Assembly (NCBI GenBank): GCA_963669175.1 | Contig: OY769902.1 | Location: forward strand, 2,464,001-2,528,000 | Reading direction: 5' to 3' | DNA length: 64,000 bases | Origin: a bacterium | Lineage (GTDB): Bacteria > Electryoneota > Electryoneia > Electryoneales > Electryoneaceae | Part shown: positions 9,908 to 19,656 of the stretch, piece by piece | How the letters are laid out: every line of letters starts with the position of its first letter | How positions within the stretch are numbered: position 1 is the stretch's first letter | Notes under the pieces: model-generated | The model's database searches: none | The model's input: the letters and a program-made list of their open reading frames with translations, nothing else | What the model was told of the DNA's origin: nothing | Position numbers and translations under genes: made by a program

Positions 9908-11152
9908 ATGTCGAGACCCAAGATTGTTATCACGGGAATGGGTGTTGTTTGCCCTGTCGGTATCGGTCGGGATGCAGCTTGGGAAGGCATGGTGTCAGGG
10001 AAAAGCGGCGCCGTACCTATTTCCCGTTTCGATACAGAAGGGTATAAAACCACCTTTGCGTGTGAAGTAACGGATTTTGATCCCGGTACCTATATTGACC
10101 GGAAGCTTGTCAAGCGCATGGACCTGTTCTGCCAGCTTGGTTTTGCTGCGGCAGCACAGGCGATTGAGCAGAGCAAGCTGATGGAGGAATCACTGGACCG
10201 GAACCGGATTGGAGTAGTCTCCGGCAGCGGTATCGGCGGTATGTACTCCTACGAATCCCAGATGATGCGGCTGGTGGAGATGGGGCCGGGTAAAGTCAGT
10301 CCGTTCTTTATTCCGATGATGATCGGGGATATTCTGGCTGGACACATCTCCATCGAGCACAAGCTGAAAGGCCCGAACTACGGTGTCGTGTCCGCTTGTG
10401 CCACAGCATCCCATGCAATTGGCGTTGCCATGATGCACCTTCTCGCCGGCGATGCGGATGTTATGGTATGCGGAGGCGCAGAAGCGCCATTGACCCAGAT
10501 GGGTGTGGCCGGATTCAATTCGCTGAATGCAATTTCTACACGCAACGACGCCCCGGAAAAGGCGTCACGTCCCTTCGACAAGGATCGTGATGGCTTTGTA
10601 ATGGCTGAGGGTGGCGGTTTCTTCGTGATAGAGACCGAAGCACACGCCAGGAAACGTGGTGTTGAAATCCTGGCGGAGCTGGGTGGATACGGTTTTTCTG
10701 CGGATGCTTATCATTTGACTGCGCCGGAACCCTCGGGTGACGGCACTATCAGGGCGATGAAAGCAGCCTTGGAAAGCGCCGGATGCGAGCCCGAAGAAGT
10801 TGATTATATCAACGCGCATGGAACGTCGACTCCCTACAATGATCCCATCGAAACTCTTGCTATCAAGAGCGCTTTGGGGGATCATGCGAAGAAGATACCG
10901 GTGAGTTCAACGAAATCCATGACCGGGCACATGCTGGGCGCAACAGGAGCGGTTGAGTTGTTCGCTTCTGTCCAGGCGATTCGCACAGGAATTGTGCCGC
11001 CAACGATTAATTTGGATAACCAGGATCCTGAGTGTGATCTGTACTATGTTCCGAACAAGGCTGAGAAGCATGATGTTCGGATTGCCATGTCGAACACACT
11101 TGGTTTTGGTGGTCATAATGCCACTTTGCTGGTAAAGAAGTGGCAAGAGTAA
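9908..11152 (+). CDS. fabF: Beta-ketoacyl-ACP synthase II
   Basis: SACAT (Cys), INAHGTST, KSMTGHMLGA and GFGGHN. Confidence 0.97.
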   Translation: MSRPKIVITGMGVVCPVGIGRDAAWEGMVSGKSGAVPISRFDTEGYKTTFACEVTDFDPGTYIDRKLVKRMDLFCQLGFAAAAQAIEQSKLMEESLDRNRIGVVSGSGIGGMYSYESQMMRLVEMGPGKVSPFFIPMMIGDILAGHISIEHKLKGPNYGVVSACATASHAIGVAMMHLLAGDADVMVCGGAEAPLTQMGVAGFNSLNAISTRNDAPEKASRPFDKDRDGFVMAEGGGFFVIETEAHARKRGVEILAELGGYGFSADAYHLTAPEPSGDGTIRAMKAALESAGCEPEEVDYINAHGTSTPYNDPIETLAIKSALGDHAKKIPVSSTKSMTGHMLGATGAVELFASVQAIRTGIVPPTINLDNQDPECDLYYVPNKAEKHDVRIAMSNTLGFGGHNATLLVKKWQE

Positions 11153-11168
11153 GGTGAGGTAATTGCCG

Positions 11169-11939
11169 ATGGGCGGCCTTTTGCGACGGTATCGTCTATG
11201 GCGCCATCGTCGCTTGAGGAATCAGCAGCGACCCGGTGCAGAGCAGACACTGCACGATTTCGAAAAACTGATCGGGTATCAGTTTGAAAATCCGCGGTTG
11301 TTGCTCAATGCATTGCGACATCGCAGCATTCTGGCTGAAATTCATGCACCACGCAGCGAGGTGAATGAACGCTTGGAGTTTCTTGGAGATGCGGCGCTTG
11401 ATCTGATTGTCAGCGAGCATTTGTTCAAGAAATATCCGAATGCAAGGGAAGGCTACCTGGCGAGGATGAAAAGCCTTGCGGTCAGTGGTCGTCAGCTTGC
11501 ATCCAAGGCAAAAAAGCTGGAACTCGGTCAATATCTTCAGCTCTCGATCAGTGAGCAGAAGACAGGTGGACGAAGCAGACGAAGTATTCTGGAAGATGCA
11601 CTGGAAGCAGTGATCGGCGCTTTGTACCTTGATGGAGGGTTAAAGGTGGCAAAGCGTTTCATCCGGAAGTTCGTCATTTACGATCTTGACGGGCGCCTGG
11701 TGCGCGAGAAGGAGGGTAACTATAAGAGCCTTCTCCTTGAATATGCCCAGGGCAATGCCATGGGGCATCCTCACTATCGTGTGATCGGTGAGGATGGACC
11801 GGATCACGCCAAGGTTTTCAGTGTTGAAGTGGCCATTGGTGGCGATGCGGTAGGGAAAGGCATCGGCAAGAGTAAAAAACAAGCTGAACAGGAAGCGGCG
11901 CGTGCCGCAGCAGAAATGTTCGATCTTCACATCGAATAG
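11169..11939 (+). CDS. rnc: Ribonuclease III
   Basis: NERLEFLGDA and EDALEAVIGALYLD, with a C-terminal dsRBD (NYKSLLLEY..GPDH..SKKQAEQ). Confidence 0.97.
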   Translation: MGGLLRRYRLWRHRRLRNQQRPGAEQTLHDFEKLIGYQFENPRLLLNALRHRSILAEIHAPRSEVNERLEFLGDAALDLIVSEHLFKKYPNAREGYLARMKSLAVSGRQLASKAKKLELGQYLQLSISEQKTGGRSRRSILEDALEAVIGALYLDGGLKVAKRFIRKFVIYDLDGRLVREKEGNYKSLLLEYAQGNAMGHPHYRVIGEDGPDHAKVFSVEVAIGGDAVGKGIGKSKKQAEQEAARAAAEMFDLHIE

Positions 11940-11954
11940 GAAAGCGAGGGAGAG

Positions 11955-13109
11955 ATGGATTACCTGCTGGATGATTTTCAGAAAGAGTTGGTAGCACAAG
12001 CCCGGCGGATTGGTAAAGAGAAGATTTGGCCGGTAGCAGCCAAATACGATCGTGAAGGCACGTTCCCGCACGATATCGTGAAAATCATGGCCGATTCCGG
12101 TTTCTACCAGGTGTTTGTACCTGAAGAATACGGCGGCATTGGACGCGGTGTAATGGACCTCGTTCTGGTCGTTGAAGAATTGAGCAGGTTCTGCGGTGGG
12201 ATCAGCCTGTCTCTTGCAGCGTCTGCGCTTGGTACTTTCCCGATCGTTCTGGATGGTACCGAAGAGCAGAAGCAGAAGTACCTTCCGAAGCTGGCCAATG
12301 GTGAAATGCTGGCAGCTTTCGGTTTGACCGAAGCCTCCGCCGGCAGCGACGCCGGCAGCATCAAGACCCGTGCCGAGAAGAAGGGTGACAAGTACGTCCT
12401 GAACGGTTCCAAGGTGTTTATCACCAACGGTGGCGTTGCGGGCGTGTACACCATCATTGCTTCCACGGACCCGGAAAAGGGAACCCGTGGCGCAACCGCA
12501 TTCATCGTCGATGCGGACACCCCCGGCTTCAAGATCGGCAAGCACGAAGACAAGATGGGTATTCGTGCATCGACCACAACCGAGTTGATTTTCGAAGATT
12601 GCGAAATTCCGGAAGCCAACCGGATTGGCAAGGAAGGCGAAGGCTTCAAGGTTGCGATGAAGACTCTCGACCGCAGCCGTCCTGGTGTTGCCGCACAGGC
12701 GTTGGGTATTGCCCAGGGCGCGTTGGACCTGGCTGTTGACTATGCCAAAACCCGTGAACAGTTCGGTCAAAGCATCATCAAGTTCCAGTCGATCCAGTTC
12801 CAGCTTGCGGATATGGCAATCCAGGTTGAAGCTGCGCGTGCCATCGTTTACGCTACAGCCCGCATGATTGATGCCGGTGTTGGCAATGTTGCCAAGGATT
12901 CCGCCATTTCCAAGGTTTTTGCTTCTGATGTTGCGATGAAAGTTGCCACGGAAGCGGTGCAGGTCTTTGGTGGCTATGGTTACATGCGTGACTATCCGAT
13001 TGAGAAGTTCATGCGTGATGCCAAGATCACCCAGATCTATGAAGGCACCAACCAGATTCAACGTGTTGTTATCTCACGTGCTTTGATTCGTGAGAGCTCA
13101 AAGCGCTAA
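11955..13109 (+). CDS. Acyl-CoA dehydrogenase (short-chain/butyryl-CoA type)
   Basis: FGLTEASAGSD, NGSKVFITN, KMGIR, REQFG and GGYGYMRDYP..RDAKITQIYEGTNQIQR. Confidence 0.95.
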   Translation: MDYLLDDFQKELVAQARRIGKEKIWPVAAKYDREGTFPHDIVKIMADSGFYQVFVPEEYGGIGRGVMDLVLVVEELSRFCGGISLSLAASALGTFPIVLDGTEEQKQKYLPKLANGEMLAAFGLTEASAGSDAGSIKTRAEKKGDKYVLNGSKVFITNGGVAGVYTIIASTDPEKGTRGATAFIVDADTPGFKIGKHEDKMGIRASTTTELIFEDCEIPEANRIGKEGEGFKVAMKTLDRSRPGVAAQALGIAQGALDLAVDYAKTREQFGQSIIKFQSIQFQLADMAIQVEAARAIVYATARMIDAGVGNVAKDSAISKVFASDVAMKVATEAVQVFGGYGYMRDYPIEKFMRDAKITQIYEGTNQIQRVVISRALIRESSKR

Positions 13110-13134
13110 CGAGAGGCATTTTGCTTGAAACTTC

Positions 13135-13164
13135 AACGGGGCTTTGCAAAGAGCCCCGTTTTTT
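13135..13164 (+). terminator. Rho-independent terminator after the acyl-CoA dehydrogenase
   Basis: AACGGGGCTT-TGCAAA-GAGCCCCGTT followed by a T run. Confidence 0.8.
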
Positions 13165-13212
13165 CGTATAAAGGGTCGAGCTTTTCTTTACGTATTCCTG
13201 AGGTTCTACGAT

Positions 13213-15900
13213 ATGTTGATACCGGAGCAGCGTTCGACGACCCTGGGGCAAGCCCGTATAATGTATCGCTATGTCTGGTTTGTGGGAATTATTTGGGTAT
13301 TCATTCTGATCGCTGGACCATGGAGAATCGACAAAGCCTCGCATAAAGCTGTGCGACAACTGGCGACCAACCAGGCAAGGGCATCCATAGCAAAAGATGT
13401 GTTGTATCGTACCTGGATGGGACACATGGGTGGCTTATATTCACCTGTCACGGAATATATCAAACCTAATAGCTATTTTCCTGAAGAGAACCGCGATTTA
13501 CTTACTTCCCAGGGTGATTCCCTCACCATTATCAATCCTACCTACATGTCTCGAATGGTGTACAAACTGTCTGTTGACAGCGGTTATGTGCAGGGCGGGC
13601 ATGTTGCAAGCTTGAAACCGGTTCATCCCGGCAATGTTGCCACAGACTGGGAGAAACGCGCTCTAGCCAAACTTTCTGATGGAAGAAATGAGTACTCTGA
13701 GATTGTTGAAGACGAAAATGGCGCAGTGCTGCGCTTTATGCGTCCGATCAGTTTTATTAATCCAGGTTGTTTGGATTGTCATCAAGGGTACGAGTTAGGG
13801 GACGTGGAGGGGGGAATCAGCGTAGCTGTTGATCTTGTTCCGATCAATGAGACTGCGCGAATCCACAGAAACGGTGAATTAACGGTCTTTTTCATCATTT
13901 GGTTTGTCGGACTGGGGCTGCTCTGTTTCGGAGCGTTCCAGCTACGTAAAAATATCAAGCAGATAGAAACAAGCCAGCAAGAACTCCACGAACAGCGCAC
14001 TTTCCTTCAAAATATTATTGACCAGAGTCCGGTTCTTCTATTTATCAAGGATCTTGAGGGCAGAATTGTCATGTGCAACAAGGCATTTGCTGCTGCATAT
14101 GGCGCCGATCCTGTCGATTTGTACGGGAAAACAGATTCAGAACTGCTAAATGATTCTGCATCCGTTGAACGCTACCAGAATGAAGATTGGGAGGTTATCC
14201 AGAGCCGAAAGGAAAAGCTGATTCCGGAAGGCCCCTTCATGCCGGGAGATGAACCGCAACGGTTTGTGCAGACAATCAAGAGTCCACTTTTTGATGCTGA
14301 TGGCAATGTGTGTAACCTGTTGTGTGTGTCCATGGAGATCACAGAACGGAAGCAGGCGGAAACAGCGCTGCGGAGAAGTGAAAACCATTTGCGTGTTATT
14401 ATTGAATCGACCAATGACGGCATTCTTGTCATGACGATCAATGATTTCAAAAAGGTATTTGCCAATCCTCGTTTCAGGGAGATGTTCCAGTATACGGAAG
14501 AAGAGCTGGATGATCCGGAATTCAATTACTGCCAGCTCATTGACGAAGATGACCAGGGCAAGCAGAAACCGAAATGTGAAGCCTTCCTGGGTAGTGATCG
14601 TGAACGCATGACGATCAAGTTAGGTGCGTGGCGAAAGAACAAGACTCGCCTTCACGTTGAAATAACTCTATCCAAAATCGTATGGGAAGGTCAACCGGCT
14701 TTGCTGGCAGTACACAGGGATATTACCGAGAAAGAGACCCTGGAAGCCGAATTGCGCCGTCAGCAGAAAATTGATGCCATTGGCGCCCTTGCTGGAGGCA
14801 TTGCACACGATTTTAACAATATCATCACCGGGATTATTGCACATGCTGAAATCGCTTCACTCAGGTATCAACCGGACGATAACATTCAGAAAGAGCTGGA
14901 TGGTATCCTGCGATCCGCAGACCGGGCGGCCGAACTGACACGCAAGCTTCTTGCCTTCAGTAGAAAACAGTTCCTCCAGTTTGAATCCATATCTTTGAAC
15001 AGTATGATACTGGAGATATCCCAGTTGCTGCGAAGGATTATCCGTGAAAACATCCAGTTAGACACGCAGCTCGATGAGAATCACTGGCCGGTATACGCGG
15101 ACAAAAGCCAGATGGAACAGGTGGTGCTGAACCTTGTCGTAAATGCTCGTGATGCGATTCAGGAATCCGGGATGCTCACCATTCGTACCATGAATACCAC
15201 CTTATCTGAAGAGGAATGTCAACGGTTCACAGAACTTCAACCGGGTGACTATGCCGTGCTGGAAGTGGAGGACTCTGGGCATGGGATGAGTGAAGAGGTT
15301 ATTGAGCATATTTTCGAACCCTTCTTCACAACGAAAGAGACCGGTAAGGGATCAGGATTGGGATTGTCTACTGTTTACGGTATAGTAAAACAGTGTAAGG
15401 GCGATATCGTTGTTACCAGCAAACCGGGAAAAGGAACCTGTTTCAGGCTGCATTTCCCACGTGCTGAAACAGAACCGGTAAATCACCAGGCAAAAATGAA
15501 AAAGGGCGATTTTCATGGGAAGGGTGAACTGATCCTTGTCGTTGAAGATGAGGAAAGCGTACGTTTGCATCTTGTTCGCACACTACAGGCGCTGAATTAT
15601 GTGGTGGTGGAAGCCGAGAACGGATTGGCTGCACTGGAACTCGTTAAATCACTGGACCAGGCGCCGGAGCTTGTCGTGGCTGATGTAGTCATGCCCGGGA
15701 TGGGTGGGATTCAGATGGTACAAATTCTTAGCGGGATGTATCCTTCCCTGAAAGTGCTGTTTATATCCGGATATGCTGGCGATAATCTGATCTCTTCACG
15801 CGAAATGGAAACTCCGTTTGTATATTTGCAGAAACCATTTCATGCCAGTGAACTGGCGCGGCAAGTATTCTTACTGATAACAGGTGAGCAGAATGGCTGA
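13213..15900 (+). CDS. Hybrid sensor histidine kinase/response regulator with a periplasmic c-type heme (DUF3365-like) domain and two PAS domains
   Basis: TM segment, then SLKPVHPGN..WEKRAL..LRFMRP..CLDCH..GGISV, a second TM, two PAS/PAC domains, H-box GGIAHDFNN, G-boxes DSGHG and GSGLGL, and a C-terminal receiver (VEDE..DVVMPG..KPF). Start placed after the upstream terminator. Confidence 0.92.
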   Translation: MLIPEQRSTTLGQARIMYRYVWFVGIIWVFILIAGPWRIDKASHKAVRQLATNQARASIAKDVLYRTWMGHMGGLYSPVTEYIKPNSYFPEENRDLLTSQGDSLTIINPTYMSRMVYKLSVDSGYVQGGHVASLKPVHPGNVATDWEKRALAKLSDGRNEYSEIVEDENGAVLRFMRPISFINPGCLDCHQGYELGDVEGGISVAVDLVPINETARIHRNGELTVFFIIWFVGLGLLCFGAFQLRKNIKQIETSQQELHEQRTFLQNIIDQSPVLLFIKDLEGRIVMCNKAFAAAYGADPVDLYGKTDSELLNDSASVERYQNEDWEVIQSRKEKLIPEGPFMPGDEPQRFVQTIKSPLFDADGNVCNLLCVSMEITERKQAETALRRSENHLRVIIESTNDGILVMTINDFKKVFANPRFREMFQYTEEELDDPEFNYCQLIDEDDQGKQKPKCEAFLGSDRERMTIKLGAWRKNKTRLHVEITLSKIVWEGQPALLAVHRDITEKETLEAELRRQQKIDAIGALAGGIAHDFNNIITGIIAHAEIASLRYQPDDNIQKELDGILRSADRAAELTRKLLAFSRKQFLQFESISLNSMILEISQLLRRIIRENIQLDTQLDENHWPVYADKSQMEQVVLNLVVNARDAIQESGMLTIRTMNTTLSEEECQRFTELQPGDYAVLEVEDSGHGMSEEVIEHIFEPFFTTKETGKGSGLGLSTVYGIVKQCKGDIVVTSKPGKGTCFRLHFPRAETEPVNHQAKMKKGDFHGKGELILVVEDEESVRLHLVRTLQALNYVVVEAENGLAALELVKSLDQAPELVVADVVMPGMGGIQMVQILSGMYPSLKVLFISGYAGDNLISSREMETPFVYLQKPFHASELARQVFLLITGEQNG

Positions 15901-16885
15901 AAAGCTACGCATTGCCCTGGTTGGAGCCACGGGACTGGTAGGGCTGACAGCGCTGAAAGTACTGGATGAACAGCAACTTCCTCCTTTCGAGCTGTTTCCC
16001 TTTGCATCAGAGCAACGGGCGGGATCAGAAGTCACCTGTAATGGGAAGTCATGGACTGTCCAGGCTGTCCCGCATACGCCACCTGAAGTAGACTATGCGC
16101 TTTTCACTGCGCCTGGAAATCTCGCCCGGAATCTTGTCCCGGATTGGTTGAAAGCCGGAATTCGCATTATCGATAACGCTTCTGTGTTCAGGATGGCCTA
16201 TGGTGTGCCGCTCATCGTTCCGGAGGTAAATGCTTTCAGGATCCAGGATGCAAATGGGTTAATCGCAAATCCAAATTGCAGCACCATTCAGCTTGCAGTA
16301 GCGCTAGCGCCCCTGCACCGGAAGTGGGGCTTGCGGCGGGTCTCTGTGGCGACATACCAGGCGGTGGCCGGTGCGGGACGTGATGCTGTGGAGGACTGGA
16401 AGGCCGAAGTGGAAGGAAAATCCCCGGTACATGGTAAATTCCCTGCCCACATTCATGCGAATGTGCTGCCCCAGATCGGTGAAATGGATGAAAATGGTTA
16501 CAATGTGGAAGAGGTAAAACTTTCCCAGGAAATGACCAAGATTCTCGAGTTGACGAATGTTCCCATTGCCGCCACGTGTGTGCGTGTCCCGGTTGAGATC
16601 GGGCATGCGGAGGCGGTGGAAGTGCAACTTGCTGACGCACCTGCTATTGAGGATGTGTTGGGAACGCTCGAAAGAGGCAGCGGAATAATACTGCATCGTA
16701 AGAATGAGAGTTTTCCCATGCCGATTGACATTGCCGGACAGGATCCGGTACATGTCGGACGTGTCAGGCGCCATCCCATGCTGGATGATACTTATCTGCT
16801 ATGGGTTGTAGCGGATAATCTGCGCAAGGGAGCAGCTACAAATGCGGTGCAGATTCTCCAGCGCTGGATAACCCAGACAATATAG
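15893..16885 (+). CDS. asd: Aspartate-semialdehyde dehydrogenase
   Basis: VGATGLVG, IANPNCSTIQ, YQAVAGAG, CVRVPV..GH and DNLRKGAATNAVQI. Confidence 0.96.
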   Translation: MAEKLRIALVGATGLVGLTALKVLDEQQLPPFELFPFASEQRAGSEVTCNGKSWTVQAVPHTPPEVDYALFTAPGNLARNLVPDWLKAGIRIIDNASVFRMAYGVPLIVPEVNAFRIQDANGLIANPNCSTIQLAVALAPLHRKWGLRRVSVATYQAVAGAGRDAVEDWKAEVEGKSPVHGKFPAHIHANVLPQIGEMDENGYNVEEVKLSQEMTKILELTNVPIAATCVRVPVEIGHAEAVEVQLADAPAIEDVLGTLERGSGIILHRKNESFPMPIDIAGQDPVHVGRVRRHPMLDDTYLLWVVADNLRKGAATNAVQILQRWITQTI

Positions 16886-16965
16886 ATTAAGTGTATTTTT
16901 CTCTTGAGCGAATGTTAATTATAAGCTACTTTGTATTGACGCTAAGAACAGCTTCGGGTGCAGCC

Positions 16966-18672
16966 ATGAGAAATCCAGATTTTAACACCTTGGCACGATT
17001 GTATTCTCGTCATTCGCTTTCCTCGATTCTTCGTTACGTTTCATCGCCGCTGAAACTCTGTCTACTACTCTTGTTGCTTGTTCCGGCTGTCGTTCTGGCC
17101 GGCGCATGGGGCAATAGTGGTATTCTGTTGCGTGGCACCGGCGAGTCCGATCCTGATGGCCAGGTTCAGTGCGCCAAACTGGTTCCGGCAAATGAATCCT
17201 TATGGGTCGCATGGCTGGACAACCGGGATGATCCCAACAGGTATGGTGGCCGAATCTATGTGCAGGCGGTGTCTGAGGAAGGGATCGTAGCGAACCCGGA
17301 TGGTGGAATTCTGCTGGAAGGATTGGGGTGGTGTCCCGATGAACAGGCTTTTGATGTGATTCCCGATGGGGATGGCGGCCTGATGGTATGTACCACGGAC
17401 GAAGATACGCCCGGTGAGCCGAAACTGATCCAGCGGTACAACGTCAACAGTCAGCCGGTCTGGGATGAGCCGGTCTGCATTCCGGAAGTACTGTGGACCC
17501 AGCGAGTGCTATCCCTTGGCACTAATGGTATGCTGATGGCTGTTGGAATGGCGACTGAGCCGTCCATGCTGCTGGCGGCAATTTCCACGGAAGGTGAGGT
17601 TTCCTCGTGGACCATATTCTCCGAACCTTCTGCACGTTCCACACTTCCCATTGGCCTGTTTCCACGAACCGGAGGGTATCTGGCGCTTGGCCGGATTATT
17701 CGAACTGCCAATACCAGCGATTGCCGGCGTTTGCTCCTAAGTTACGGTGGTGAGCCCAACGGTTCCACGGCTGGCGTGGTTTTCTACTGGGGGCGTGTTT
17801 ATGATCTGGACGCCTATCCGTTAGAATCGAACCAGGCCGTGTTCCTCGTCTCCGGTCTGGAATATAATCTCCTGGCCCAGTATTTCTCATCGACGGGATA
17901 TGCCCACTACGATTACCTGGGACGCCAGGTTTTTCCCGGCGAAGCAACCTCTTTCAGTGCATGCGCGGCTGAAAACGGGTTCTGGGCGCTGGTGAACCAG
18001 TACAGCGACGGAATTCGCAGTATATACCTGAATCGTTTTAATAACGGCCCTAATCCACAACTGACCAATATTGCCGTTTCAAACCATGCCGCTTCGGACC
18101 CGGTCGCACCGATTATCCCGGATGGTGCGGGAGGTGTTTTTGGTGTGTTCAGGCACGATTCGGAGACGACTCCCTATGTAAGCCTGTGGGATTCCGATGG
18201 GGAACGCAGGGAAGGGTACGAGGCAAATATCAGGCTGGACCCACTTTCTCTCGAAGCAGAAATCGAAGATATAAAGTCCGTGTGGCGTTCTTTCATTGTG
18301 ACCTACCGTCAGGATCGAAGCGAAAATAACCGTAAGGGGCTGATCGTACAATCCTTCCCGAATACGGCGCCGGATGATGTTCCCGAAGCTGGCATCAGCG
18401 GTTTGCCCGAGACATTCAGCATCAACACGGTCTATCCCAATCCTTTCAACAGCCAGACGAGGGTCAGTCTGACCGTGCCTCTACGTGAGCAAGTACAGCT
18501 TACCTTGTACGATGTGCTGGGACGTTCTGTTCAGCAGTGGAGCCTGATACCTGAAGCAAACGGTATTCTTGAGCAGACCATTGATCTCAAAGCGCAAGCC
18601 GGTGGGGTCTACTTCCTGCGAGCCATGCAAGGGGATCAAACCGCTACTGCAAGATTATTATTGGTGAAGTGA
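16966..18672 (+). CDS. Secreted protein with a T9SS type A-like C-terminal sorting domain
   Basis: Hydrophobic signal (LCLLLLLLVPAVVLA), repeated DGDGG/DGAGG motifs, and C-terminal YPNPFN..YDVLGR..GVYFLR..LLVK. Start codon uncertain. Confidence 0.8.
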   Translation: MRNPDFNTLARLYSRHSLSSILRYVSSPLKLCLLLLLLVPAVVLAGAWGNSGILLRGTGESDPDGQVQCAKLVPANESLWVAWLDNRDDPNRYGGRIYVQAVSEEGIVANPDGGILLEGLGWCPDEQAFDVIPDGDGGLMVCTTDEDTPGEPKLIQRYNVNSQPVWDEPVCIPEVLWTQRVLSLGTNGMLMAVGMATEPSMLLAAISTEGEVSSWTIFSEPSARSTLPIGLFPRTGGYLALGRIIRTANTSDCRRLLLSYGGEPNGSTAGVVFYWGRVYDLDAYPLESNQAVFLVSGLEYNLLAQYFSSTGYAHYDYLGRQVFPGEATSFSACAAENGFWALVNQYSDGIRSIYLNRFNNGPNPQLTNIAVSNHAASDPVAPIIPDGAGGVFGVFRHDSETTPYVSLWDSDGERREGYEANIRLDPLSLEAEIEDIKSVWRSFIVTYRQDRSENNRKGLIVQSFPNTAPDDVPEAGISGLPETFSINTVYPNPFNSQTRVSLTVPLREQVQLTLYDVLGRSVQQWSLIPEANGILEQTIDLKAQAGGVYFLRAMQGDQTATARLLLVK

Positions 18673-18678
18673 GGAAAC

Positions 18679-19062
18679 ATGCCTTTTTCCATACGCATCA
18701 TGGTGGACAGCCTGATCCTGGATGCAGAACTGAACGATAGTCCCACTTCGAAAAGTATCATCAAGAAGCTTCCCTTGAAATTTGGCGGAGATTATTGGGG
18801 CGACGAACTGTATGGCAGCATCGGCGTCTCGGATGATGAGGCAGAGGATGCGGTTGAGGTCATCGAACAACCGGGCACATTGGGTTACTGGCCGGTAGGG
18901 GATGCGTTCTGCATTTTCTGGGGACCGACTCCCCTTTCCCAAGGGGATGAAATCCGGCCGGCCAGCGCAATCAATGTAATCGGGCTGGTAACCCGAGGCT
19001 TGGAAGACCTGATCGAACAGCGCCCCAATCCTTTGCACATCCTGATCGAAGCTGCGAAATAA
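18679..19062 (+). CDS. Cyclophilin-like fold protein (TM1367/DUF369-like)
   Basis: LP..WGDELY..G..YWP.G.AFCIFWGPTP.S..EIRPASAINVIG; RBS GAGGA. Confidence 0.8.
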   Translation: MPFSIRIMVDSLILDAELNDSPTSKSIIKKLPLKFGGDYWGDELYGSIGVSDDEAEDAVEVIEQPGTLGYWPVGDAFCIFWGPTPLSQGDEIRPASAINVIGLVTRGLEDLIEQRPNPLHILIEAAK

Positions 19063-19179
19063 ATCCTACTGGATACTTGTTGTCCGACTGCAAGCAGTTG
19101 TCGTATCCTGTCATCCCCAGCGAAGAGCCTGCTCCGAATGGTGTTGTCGAGGATGAACACACCTGATGTGAAGGGTAGC

Positions 19180-19424
19180 GGCGAAAAATGGGACTGTTAC
19201 CTTTTCTTGTTTCTAATGCAGGATACTATAGACCATGTTGATGAAAAGGTAACTGTACCAAATTTTTCGCCAGTTTGTTGTTCCAGATCAGTCGAAAATC
19301 CTGGGACAGCTACCTTTTCTGTTATTAGATTGCGTATAAAGGCCAGTATTCATTTATACAACCTATCAGTAACCTTGTGCTCAGGTAATGTCTCTTGCAG
19401 AAAAGAGTAGCAGTCCCGATTTTC
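19180..19424. repeat. Composite inverted-repeat element, copy 1 (unit A 19180-19271 + unit B 19294-19424)
   Basis: A = GGCGAAAAATGGGACTGTTACCTTTTC...GAAAAGGTAACTGTACCAAATTTTTCGCC. B = GAAAATCCTGGGACAGCTACCTTTTCTG...CAGAAAAGAGTAGCAGTCCCGATTTTC. Related copies at 37054-37299 and 43446-43765. Confidence 0.85.
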
Positions 19425-19656
19425 CATCAGATTCCATCACGTATTGTTGTGCGATCACTTCGAAAGCGTCGAAGAGACGTTGTTAATAGTCTGGCGCCCC
19501 CTCGGCTTGGCTGAACAGCGAAGAAGCGAGAAAGAAGTAGCAGCAAGCAGAAGGGGCACACTCTCCCGGTCAAACCTTTACACTCAGTCCCACCTTGTAA
19601 TCCCCTCGTGAAAAACCTATGTTTCCCGCAGTAACAAACCAGGAAGGATAGATGCA

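Noticed and set aside
11640-13061. 473 aa minus-strand ORF
   Set aside because: Antisense shadow of the acyl-CoA dehydrogenase, explained by its codon bias; no recognisable motifs.
19138-19410. Short ORFs across the repeat loci (also 36728-37198 and 43564-43848)
   Set aside because: They read through inverted-repeat elements and are most likely spurious.
19180-19424. Possible integron attC sites
   Set aside because: The outer ends lack the RYYYAAC...GTTRRRY core boxes, and there is no cassette array or integrase.
19430-19650. Possible ncRNA upstream of the HAD gene
   Set aside because: No recognisable family or convincing structure.
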